Part shown: positions 17,408 to 25,417 of the stretch, in pieces | Layout: each line of letters begins with the position of its first letter | How positions within the stretch are numbered: position 1 is the first letter of the stretch | IMG/VR virus record: IMGVR_UViG_3300020531_000011 | Coordinates: 1-33,993 of that record | Direction: 5' to 3' (one strand) | Length of the DNA stretch: 33,993 nt | Source: a virus | Lineage: Duplodnaviria > Caudoviricetes | The notes under the pieces: generated by a model | Seen by the model: only the letters and a program-made list of their open reading frames with translations | Databases searched by the model: none | What the model was told of the DNA's origin: nothing | Made by a program: the position numbers and the translations under genes

Positions 17408-20400
17408 ATGATAAAGTCACTTAAAAAAAATGACATTAGAACCACACCTTTCACTGCTGCTAAAAAATGGAATCCTCAGAATAAACTTCACAAGGATTTA
17501 ATACTGTGGCAAAGTGGATCTGTTAGTGGATCATTGTCATTGACTTTTAAAGAATACAATGACGGAACAGTAGCACCTTATACATACATTTCATCTGCAA
17601 TTGCTCTTCAACAACAACAAGATGACTTTTTAAGATTCAGAGAAGGTGTTAATTTAACAGGATCAATATCTCCAACCGGAAGTTTTTATTATGATCCTGT
17701 TTTATCTGAAAAGAATGTGGACGGTACATATAAAACCGTTTTATATGCTACCACAAAACATTTATTTTATAAAGAAAGCCAAGATCCATCAAAAATATTT
17801 GGATTGGAATCACTAGATTCATCCAATGTAAACAGAAGTCTACCAAATAAGATTTCTACATTTAATATACCACAAAATAAATTTGGTGAAAAAGTATTGC
17901 CAAAGTCAGTGGTTATTAAACATGAAATTCAAGGACAAACTTATAACGTTGTTGATGACGGCAACTCTAATCTGGTAGTAAGTGATAAAACATTTATCAA
18001 TAATCAAGACTCAAATATTGATAAAGTTGCAGCAAATATTACATTGAATATTTTGTCAGGTACATATGACTATGACGGTGATCCATATGAAATAACTGCT
18101 ACTACTAAACCAACAAATTTATCTTATATTGTAACTTATAATGGATCTACAACACCTCCAACTAATGCAGGTACATATACTGTAGTAGCAACTATTAATG
18201 ATAATTTTTATCAAGGATCAGTCACAGGTACTTTTACAATTGAACAACTTTCAACAACAATTACACTTAGTAATTTAACTCAAACTTATGATGGAAACCC
18301 TAAACCTGTAACTGTTAGTATTCCATTAACAAATATAAATTATACAGTAAATTATAATGGGTCTACGACACCACCAACTGATGTTGGTACTTATAATGTA
18401 GTTGTAACAATTAATGATCCTAATTATCAAGGAACAAAAACCGCTACATTGACTGTTGCGCCACAAACATTAAGTATAACAACACAATGTCCATCAAAAA
18501 CTTATGGTGATGATGATTTTACTATTCCAGTAAATAGTGTTAGTAACGGTGCAATTTCTTATACAATCAATAGTGGACCAGCAACAATTGTAAATGGTAA
18601 AATTCATATCACTGGAGTTGGTACTCTTGATGTAACAGTAAATCAAGCCGCATCAGGAAATTATTCTGTTACTAGTGTAAATTGTTCCTCAATTACAATA
18701 AGTCCTAAACTATTAACTGTGACTGGGATAACCGCAGCTGATAAAGTATATAATGGTGATATCACAGCTACATTAAACACTTCAAATGCCGCATTACAAG
18801 GTGTAGTAACATATCCAAACGGAACAAGGGATAATGTAACATTAAATGTTGGAAGTGCATTAGGAGAATTTTCAAGTGATTCAGTAGGTGAAGGAAAAAC
18901 CGTTACCGTTTCTGGTTTAACTATTTCAGGAACAGACGCAAGTAAATATACTTTGGTTCAACCAACTACAACTGCAGCTATAAAATCTAGTGGTTCAAGT
19001 GGTACTATTACTATGAACAGTGCAACTGTAATATATAATGGTGAGCTACAATCATTAGACGTAATAGTTGATTCTAATATACCAATAAAAATTACATATA
19101 AAAACAACAATAATGTAATAACCATTGTTACATTATACGGTGGAATCAGAACAGTTACAGAAGGACAATATCCAAAAGATATTGGAAGATATGATGTTAC
19201 CGCTGAATTAGATACTGAAGTGTCTACAACAACAAAGTATACAGTTTCACCTGTATCTGCAACTCTAACTATTACATCTATAAAGGGAGACGTTAAATTT
19301 GGAACAAATGTATTTTATTTTGATGGAAATCCAAAACCAGTTCAAATATTATCTAAATCACCTAATGAAGAAGATTTGACAATTACATATAATGGTTCAT
19401 CTACGATACCATCTGCAGTTGGAGTATATGAAGTAAATGTAAAGTTTAAAAATCCAAATGTTTATTATAACAATACAGTTACATTAATAATAAAACAGAT
19501 TCCAACAAATAACTGTGGAACTAATATTACAAATGAACCTAGTTATCAACAAGAACAAAAAAATATTATTGATTTAACATCATCAGTTGGTAAAATAAAT
19601 TTCAAATATAGCATAAATAGTGGTACATCACAGTTTAAAATTGAATATCCATTAAATTCACGTAAAACTGTATATGACTCAGGATTAATATCAGCACCAA
19701 ATAATAATCCTCAAATATCTTTTGATAAGGATAAAAAAGGATCATTGAATGGTATAGATAGTGATAAATGTTTGGTCACTGTATATTCCACAACAAATAA
19801 TAATGCCTGGAATTATTCTATAAGTTGCGTTAATGCACCTCCTCCTGTAGTGCAACCTTCACTAGGAATTAATGATATATATAATCAGTCTATTGTAATT
19901 ACCACCTATTCAAGGGGTATTGTAAATTATGAATCATTAAACAAGGAATGGAGTTTAATTAGTCAACTACAATCAAAAGTTCTTGAGGGATCTTTATCAC
20001 CATATGAATATGATGGAATTGTTAATATACTTTATATAAATAAGAACATACGAATTACTCCTGGAGATCAAACTTTACAGGATTCCACTACAAATATAAA
20101 AATAATTTTAAATTTTAACTTAAGTATTTCATATGGCACAACTGACTATCAAATTACTTTAACATATAAAAGACTAGGAAATTCTTTAGAGAATAGGATT
20201 AATCCAGGGTCTCTTGTAGTTGATTGTCATTGGTTTAGATATAAAGGAACAAATGTTACATTTGATGTACAAGATGCAAAAACACAATTAATATCACAAA
20301 TTAATAGTGATGAGTTTAAAGATACGTTTTTATCACCTAAAACATCTGTTACAAATGGAGAAATACAACGATCACTTTTGAAATCTTTTGTTAATTTGGC

Positions 20401-20656
20401 TATAACAAATACATTAATTGATAATTCAAGATTTGAATTTCAAACGGATAAAATGGTTATATATGATCAATATAATAAACCAACAATAATTAAATCTGAT
20501 ACATTATATACTCCTGGTATGGGTCTTAAAGATGCTGAAGGTATATTAAATGACGGTTTGATTTATATAAATCCTACTGAACAAATTGTTGAAATTGTTT
20601 ATCCTGCAATATGTCAACCTATTAAATTTGGCAGTGATGAAAGATCATTTAAATGA
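17408..20656 (+). CDS. Baseplate-attached adhesin: N-half of YITTVGLY-family fold plus MBG/YDG Ig-like repeats and unique C-terminal domains
   Basis: YDGxP…TYNGSTTPPTNAGTYTVVATINDxxYQG (MBG) repeats, KTYGDDDF…GPATI…GTLDVTVNQA, ITAADKVYNG (YDG-type). Confidence 0.75.
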   Translation: MIKSLKKNDIRTTPFTAAKKWNPQNKLHKDLILWQSGSVSGSLSLTFKEYNDGTVAPYTYISSAIALQQQQDDFLRFREGVNLTGSISPTGSFYYDPVLSEKNVDGTYKTVLYATTKHLFYKESQDPSKIFGLESLDSSNVNRSLPNKISTFNIPQNKFGEKVLPKSVVIKHEIQGQTYNVVDDGNSNLVVSDKTFINNQDSNIDKVAANITLNILSGTYDYDGDPYEITATTKPTNLSYIVTYNGSTTPPTNAGTYTVVATINDNFYQGSVTGTFTIEQLSTTITLSNLTQTYDGNPKPVTVSIPLTNINYTVNYNGSTTPPTDVGTYNVVVTINDPNYQGTKTATLTVAPQTLSITTQCPSKTYGDDDFTIPVNSVSNGAISYTINSGPATIVNGKIHITGVGTLDVTVNQAASGNYSVTSVNCSSITISPKLLTVTGITAADKVYNGDITATLNTSNAALQGVVTYPNGTRDNVTLNVGSALGEFSSDSVGEGKTVTVSGLTISGTDASKYTLVQPTTTAAIKSSGSSGTITMNSATVIYNGELQSLDVIVDSNIPIKITYKNNNNVITIVTLYGGIRTVTEGQYPKDIGRYDVTAELDTEVSTTTKYTVSPVSATLTITSIKGDVKFGTNVFYFDGNPKPVQILSKSPNEEDLTITYNGSSTIPSAVGVYEVNVKFKNPNVYYNNTVTLIIKQIPTNNCGTNITNEPSYQQEQKNIIDLTSSVGKINFKYSINSGTSQFKIEYPLNSRKTVYDSGLISAPNNNPQISFDKDKKGSLNGIDSDKCLVTVYSTTNNNAWNYSISCVNAPPPVVQPSLGINDIYNQSIVITTYSRGIVNYESLNKEWSLISQLQSKVLEGSLSPYEYDGIVNILYINKNIRITPGDQTLQDSTTNIKIILNFNLSISYGTTDYQITLTYKRLGNSLENRINPGSLVVDCHWFRYKGTNVTFDVQDAKTQLISQINSDEFKDTFLSPKTSVTNGEIQRSLLKSFVNLAITNTLIDNSRFEFQTDKMVIYDQYNKPTIIKSDTLYTPGMGLKDAEGILNDGLIYINPTEQIVEIVYPAICQPIKFGSDERSFK
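18137..18435 (+). repeat. Tandem MBG-domain duplication, 216-nt (72-aa) period
   Basis: tataatggatctacaacacctccaact… at 18137 and tataatgggtctacgacaccaccaact… at 18353; a more diverged copy near 19388. Confidence 0.8.
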
Positions 20657-20668
20657 TAATTAAATTTT

Positions 20669-22969
20669 ATGAGTGTAACAATAAAAAATGAAAATTACGG
20701 ATATTCAGTAGCAACATATGGTGATTATGTTGCAATTGGATCACCGCCTTCATTTAGAAAAGATCAAGGATTTTCAATTGGAATGGTTAACGTTAAAAAA
20801 TATGATTCATCCGTTGATCAATATGTTCCATATTTGGAATTGCAAAAAACTTTAAATTTACAACAATTAGACGTTGCATTAAGTGACACAAATTTTTCTG
20901 ATTTGTTAACTGAAAACGGTGAATCACTTGACAGTGACCTAAATGAAACTGATATTGTAAAATTGGAAAATGAATACGGAAATTCACTTTCAATTTATGG
21001 AACTGAACTAGCAGTGGGTACCAGATTTTTTAGTTGTTCATTTGTAAGTCCAGATAATTTATCCGGACAAACTCTTACTACAGGATCATGTGTTGATATC
21101 TATGAATTATCTTCTGGATCAATATATCCATATACAAGTATAAGCAGTTCATTTAATGATGAAACTGGCAGTTTTGCTGGATCAATTTCACTTGGTCAAA
21201 ATGTATTGGCAATAGGATGTACCAAAAAATTTAATAATAAAGGTGCTGTTTATATTTACCAAAAAGTAAATAATAATTGGACTTATGCACAAACTTTAAC
21301 CGGAAGTAAAAGTAATGTGGGTGATTATTTTGGATATTCTTTGAAGATTGATCCAAGTGGAAGCAAAGGTTTGATAGTCAGTGATTACAGAGGTAGTGGA
21401 ACAGGTTCAGTTTATTTCTTTGCGTCTTCTTCCACAGGATGGAATGAAGTAAATTATGTAAATGCAAATCAAGATTTTAATTATAATCTTCCATATATAA
21501 ACTGTCCTCCAAGTGCATCATACTCACAATCATTTGACGGATTTGGTTATTCTGTATCAATTTATGGTGACAACGCAGTTGTTGGTTGTCCATATGAATC
21601 ACAATATTATGAATACACATCATCACAACAACTAAGAAAACGTGGCGCTGTATATTTTTATTATAAATGTAATTTAAATAACAAATGGGTATTTGATAAA
21701 AAGTCATATGGTGATGATAACACATTTAAAGATAATAAGTTAGGATATAACGTTGACATATTTGACAACTATACAATTGTATCCGCACCAAAGTATGTTT
21801 TTCCATTTTCTTCAAGTTTTATAACAGGATCATTAAATAAAGTATTGACCAGAGAAGATTATGAAAGACCTTTTAATTTATTAGGTCAAGTTTTATTGTA
21901 TGAAAATACTGAAAGTAATTGGAATGTAAGTAAAAATATATTCAGATACAAAACATATGGAATTCCATATACAGTATTTGGATTTGATGCTGCAATTTCA
22001 GACAAATCTATTGTGGTAGGATCACCATGTTTATTTGCAGATACTAACAGAACAGTAAGTACCAGTGGATCAAATTATAACAATATTCATGGATATTCTT
22101 ACATATACAATCTAAACACAGATCTAAAAGATTATCATATTGGTAATATATTCTATAGAAATGGATTGTTAGTAATGAAGACTAGTGGATCTATTTTTGA
22201 CAGTATGATGTTGAAACAAAATCCGCTTACAGGTTCATATTATGATGTTGAATATCAATCCAACTTTTCAATTTATGAAAATCAAACTATCTGTAGAATT
22301 GAAACTGGTGAATTTAATGTAAGTACAAATCCAACTGCAGTATATAGAAATAACTTTGACTATGATATTGACGGTGATAAATACTTTACTTTCAATGATT
22401 TGGATTTAATCCTACGTTACATTTCATCTAAGAATTCAAATAATGAAAGATGGTGGGAAATAGTTGTAGATGGTTCTTATGAAGAAAACTTATTTGCTTA
22501 TTACACTGGCTCATTGGGTCAAAATAATAATTATTATGTAAGTAAGTCAGTAATAAACATGCCTGAATATACCAATTTAGTATCTATAGATGCAAAATTG
22601 GATGTAAACAATGATAAAATGGTCAATATTAATGATATGTTTATTCTATGGAAATATTTCATATCAGAATTGGATGAAAATTCTTTGAAACCATTTATTA
22701 CAAATAAATGTATGAGATCCAAATATCAAGACGTAATGAATTATTTGGATGATGCAACTGCAAAATATAATAGAACATACATAAAACCAGAGTTTTTTGA
22801 TTATGAATACAGTTCTTCAGTAGATACAACTGGTTCTTATTTGGCTCCTTATATTACTACTGTTGGTTTGTATAGTGGAACAGAGTTGGTTGCAGTAGGT
22901 AAATTAGGAACACCAATTAAAAATAGTAAGGATTTCCCGATAAATATTTTAGTAAAATGGGATGTCTAA
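20669..22969 (+). CDS. Baseplate-attached protein: FG-GAP beta-propeller, C-half of YITTVGLY-family fold, dockerin-like pair
   Basis: YGYSVA, FGYSLKI, FGYSVSIYGDNAVVGCP, GAVYIY repeats; IGNIFYRNG, EFNVSTNPT, PYITTVGLY; two DxxxDxxxxxxD..L..Y motifs. Confidence 0.75.
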   Translation: MSVTIKNENYGYSVATYGDYVAIGSPPSFRKDQGFSIGMVNVKKYDSSVDQYVPYLELQKTLNLQQLDVALSDTNFSDLLTENGESLDSDLNETDIVKLENEYGNSLSIYGTELAVGTRFFSCSFVSPDNLSGQTLTTGSCVDIYELSSGSIYPYTSISSSFNDETGSFAGSISLGQNVLAIGCTKKFNNKGAVYIYQKVNNNWTYAQTLTGSKSNVGDYFGYSLKIDPSGSKGLIVSDYRGSGTGSVYFFASSSTGWNEVNYVNANQDFNYNLPYINCPPSASYSQSFDGFGYSVSIYGDNAVVGCPYESQYYEYTSSQQLRKRGAVYFYYKCNLNNKWVFDKKSYGDDNTFKDNKLGYNVDIFDNYTIVSAPKYVFPFSSSFITGSLNKVLTREDYERPFNLLGQVLLYENTESNWNVSKNIFRYKTYGIPYTVFGFDAAISDKSIVVGSPCLFADTNRTVSTSGSNYNNIHGYSYIYNLNTDLKDYHIGNIFYRNGLLVMKTSGSIFDSMMLKQNPLTGSYYDVEYQSNFSIYENQTICRIETGEFNVSTNPTAVYRNNFDYDIDGDKYFTFNDLDLILRYISSKNSNNERWWEIVVDGSYEENLFAYYTGSLGQNNNYYVSKSVINMPEYTNLVSIDAKLDVNNDKMVNINDMFILWKYFISELDENSLKPFITNKCMRSKYQDVMNYLDDATAKYNRTYIKPEFFDYEYSSSVDTTGSYLAPYITTVGLYSGTELVAVGKLGTPIKNSKDFPINILVKWDV

Positions 22970-22972
22970 TCA

Positions 22973-22980
22973 TATTTATA
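22973..22980 (+). promoter_or_regulatory. TATTTATA motif
   Basis: Intergenic, 17 nt before ATG 22998. Confidence 0.6.
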
Positions 22981-22997
22981 ATTAATAATATAACTAT

Positions 22998-23276
22998 ATG
23001 GCAACAATTGATAGACCTTCATTAGAAAAAAACTTGGAAACAAGATATCAAACACAACCTGTTGGTGGTGCTTATAATGCCAAAGACATTGTAAGACAAG
23101 GTGGCAACGTTGTATCTCTAGGAGGTAGTACATTTGAAATAAATTATACAGTTACAAAGGGATTTAAAACAAAAATGGCTACAGGAGTAACTGAATTGAA
23201 AGATGCTGCCGGTGCTAGTTCCAAACAACTTTCACTTTACATGCAAGGTTTCAATAATAAACCATACAAAAGATAA
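22998..23276 (+). CDS. Hypothetical 92-aa protein
   Basis: Fills the gap on the coding strand; preceded by TATTTATA. Confidence 0.7.
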   Translation: MATIDRPSLEKNLETRYQTQPVGGAYNAKDIVRQGGNVVSLGGSTFEINYTVTKGFKTKMATGVTELKDAAGASSKQLSLYMQGFNNKPYKR

Positions 23277-23298
23277 TACATATACTATATATTGGTAT

Positions 23299-23856
23299 AT
23301 GGTTATATTAGGTTTAGATTCATCTACATCAGTTACTGGTTGGGCATTTAGTAAAGACGGCAAAGTCTTGGATGCTGGTTATATTGACACCAAAAAGCTT
23401 GAAACAACCAAAGAAAAAACGTTTTTTGTTATATCAGAATTGGAGAAAAATCCATTAATAAAAGACGTAACCACAATTAATTTAGAAGCTGCTTTAAGTG
23501 GATTTGCTGGTGGATTTACCAGTCAACAAGTTATTATTACATTAGCCCGCCATAACGCTGTTTTTGCTTATATTATTGAAGAACACTTCAAGGTAAAAGT
23601 AAATCTGTTATCTGTAAACACTATGCGTAAACAGTTATTTGGTAAGTGTAGAATTAAAGGCATCAAATCCAAAGACTTTGTTAAATCTGAGTTAGAATCA
23701 CTATGTCCAGATGTAATTAAATTTACTGTTCTTAACAAAAAGGGTAATTGGGATGAAAGAAACGGTGATATGTATGATGGCATAGTATGTGCATTGTATA
23801 AAGATGAACCGCAACAAAATACTAGAGTTAGCAAAAAAAATAAAAGCCTTAGCTGA
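23299..23856 (+). CDS. ruvC: RuvC-like Holliday junction resolvase
   Basis: MVILGLDSSTSVTGWA (catalytic D), INLEAA (E), DMYDGI (D..D). Start moved from track's 23203 to ATG 23299, which avoids overlap and gives the canonical RuvC N-terminus. Confidence 0.85.
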   Translation: MVILGLDSSTSVTGWAFSKDGKVLDAGYIDTKKLETTKEKTFFVISELEKNPLIKDVTTINLEAALSGFAGGFTSQQVIITLARHNAVFAYIIEEHFKVKVNLLSVNTMRKQLFGKCRIKGIKSKDFVKSELESLCPDVIKFTVLNKKGNWDERNGDMYDGIVCALYKDEPQQNTRVSKKNKSLS

Positions 23857-24448
23857 GAAAGGTAAGGATGGTGAAAAAAATGCGGCTAAAGAAAAGTTGG
23901 AGAAAATTTGTTTAAAATACAATATATCATCCAGTGAGTTAACACCTTCAATAGAAACAAAAGACTTTTATTTTATTATACATGATTCTAATGAAAGAGA
24001 TTTATTGATAAATGTTTCATGTATGATATTGGATGTTCCTGGTCTCAAATGGAAAGAAAAAAATGATTGTGTGAAGATGACAATCACACATGAAAACTAT
24101 AAAGATATATACAATGCATTTGAATATTATAAAAAAATGTATAATGATTATAAAAGATACATTATGCAAGGTATAATAATGAGAAATGCAATAGGATATG
24201 TTCCAAAACCACAAAGTTATACTCAAGCAAATGTTCAACAAGATATAACTCCTCCACCAACTGAAGATGTTGAATCACAACAAAAAGACACAGAAACTGG
24301 GGGGAATGATGAAGAATTTGAACATAATGACAAGAAATATGAAGATGTTTCTGAAGATCCTATTGATCCAATAAAATTAATGAAAGTTGCCGTGTCACTG
24401 GATCAAAAACCTTGGAAAAAACCTTTAGATAAAAACTTGATAGAATAG
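23804..24448 (+). CDS. DUF2786-like N-terminal domain protein
   Basis: KILELAKKIKALAEKG..GEKNAAKEKLEKICLKYNI fits DUF2786 helical hairpin; start probably ATG 23804 (MNRNK). Confidence 0.6.
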   Translation: MNRNKILELAKKIKALAEKGKDGEKNAAKEKLEKICLKYNISSSELTPSIETKDFYFIIHDSNERDLLINVSCMILDVPGLKWKEKNDCVKMTITHENYKDIYNAFEYYKKMYNDYKRYIMQGIIMRNAIGYVPKPQSYTQANVQQDITPPPTEDVESQQKDTETGGNDEEFEHNDKKYEDVSEDPIDPIKLMKVAVSLDQKPWKKPLDKNLIE

Positions 24449-24465
24449 AACTATTGAGGTATGAT
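24437..24465 (+). promoter_or_regulatory. Sigma70-type promoter for primase and Mre11-Rad50
   Basis: TTGATA (24437-24442), 17-nt spacer, TATGAT (24460-24465); ATG at 24475. Confidence 0.6.
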
Positions 24466-24474
24466 CTGTTTTAA

Positions 24475-25416
24475 ATGTTGTTACAGCAAGAACAAATTTT
24501 ATCTACTTTGAATGGAGTGTTAAATCAGATCCCAAAGATCAGAAAGGGAACTGATGCGGTATATTATTGTCCAATTTGTAAACACTACAAAAGAAAGTTT
24601 GAAGTAAGTTTGGTAACTGGTAAATACAATTGTTGGGTGTGTGGATTTAGTGGTACTAGTTATAAAACACTATTAAAAAAACTCAATGCTCCCTCAAAAT
24701 GTTATGTATCAATTGGTGAACTTAAGAAAGTTCAACAAACAAAAGATTTCTTAATTTCTTTTGATGAAGAACCTGAAAAGGTTGAACTACACTATTTACC
24801 AAAAGAATATAAACCAATGTATCAACCATCAACTGAATTGGAATATAGACATGCTTTGGTATATCTAAAGAACAGAGGAATTACAAAGTCAGATATTCTT
24901 AGATATAACATTGGATATTGTACAGAAGGACAATATAAAAACAGAATTGTAGTACCTTCTTATGATTGTAATGGCAATTTAAATTTCTTTACCGCAAGAA
25001 GTTTTTATGAAACCAAATCATTGAAATATGTAAGTTGTAACTATTCAAAAAACATCATTGGATTTGAAATGTTAATCAATTTTGATGAACCAGTCACATT
25101 GGTTGAAGGTCCATTTGATGCTATTGCAGTAAGAACAAATTGTATTCCGTTATTTGGAAAAACAATGAGTAAAAAACTAAAGATGAAACTGTTGGAATAT
25201 GATGTACCAATGGTAAATGTCATGTTGGACAATGATGCGTTAGAAGATTCTATAAAAATATGTGAGTTTTTAACAAAACATGATATTCCAGTAAAATTAG
25301 TTCAATTAGACGGTAAAGATCCAAACGTAATTGGTTTTGAAAAAACTTGGCAAATGATAGATGCTACTGATACAGTAGACTTTGAGAGACTGTTTAAATT
25401 AAAGATAACAATATAA
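24475..25416 (+). CDS. DNA primase (Zn-binding domain plus TOPRIM)
   Basis: CPICKH…CWVC zinc ribbon, YLKNRGI, NRIVVP, LVEGPFDA, LDND TOPRIM acidic motifs, KDPN. Confidence 0.92.
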   Translation: MLLQQEQILSTLNGVLNQIPKIRKGTDAVYYCPICKHYKRKFEVSLVTGKYNCWVCGFSGTSYKTLLKKLNAPSKCYVSIGELKKVQQTKDFLISFDEEPEKVELHYLPKEYKPMYQPSTELEYRHALVYLKNRGITKSDILRYNIGYCTEGQYKNRIVVPSYDCNGNLNFFTARSFYETKSLKYVSCNYSKNIIGFEMLINFDEPVTLVEGPFDAIAVRTNCIPLFGKTMSKKLKMKLLEYDVPMVNVMLDNDALEDSIKICEFLTKHDIPVKLVQLDGKDPNVIGFEKTWQMIDATDTVDFERLFKLKITI

Positions 25417-25417
25417 T

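Noticed and set aside
20654-20668. Stop-codon readthrough or alternative genetic code joining 17408 and 20669
   Set aside because: Two different consecutive stops (TGA TAA); TAA, TAG and TGA all end genes elsewhere and conserved genes are uninterrupted in code 11.
17408-22969. Diversity-generating retroelement or invertible fibre cassette
   Set aside because: No reverse transcriptase, invertase, adenine-specific repeat pair or flanking inverted repeats seen; the repeats are ordinary domain duplications.
23203-23298. Track's longer start for the resolvase
   Set aside because: Overlaps the upstream gene and adds non-homologous sequence; RuvC fold starts at MVILGLD (23299).
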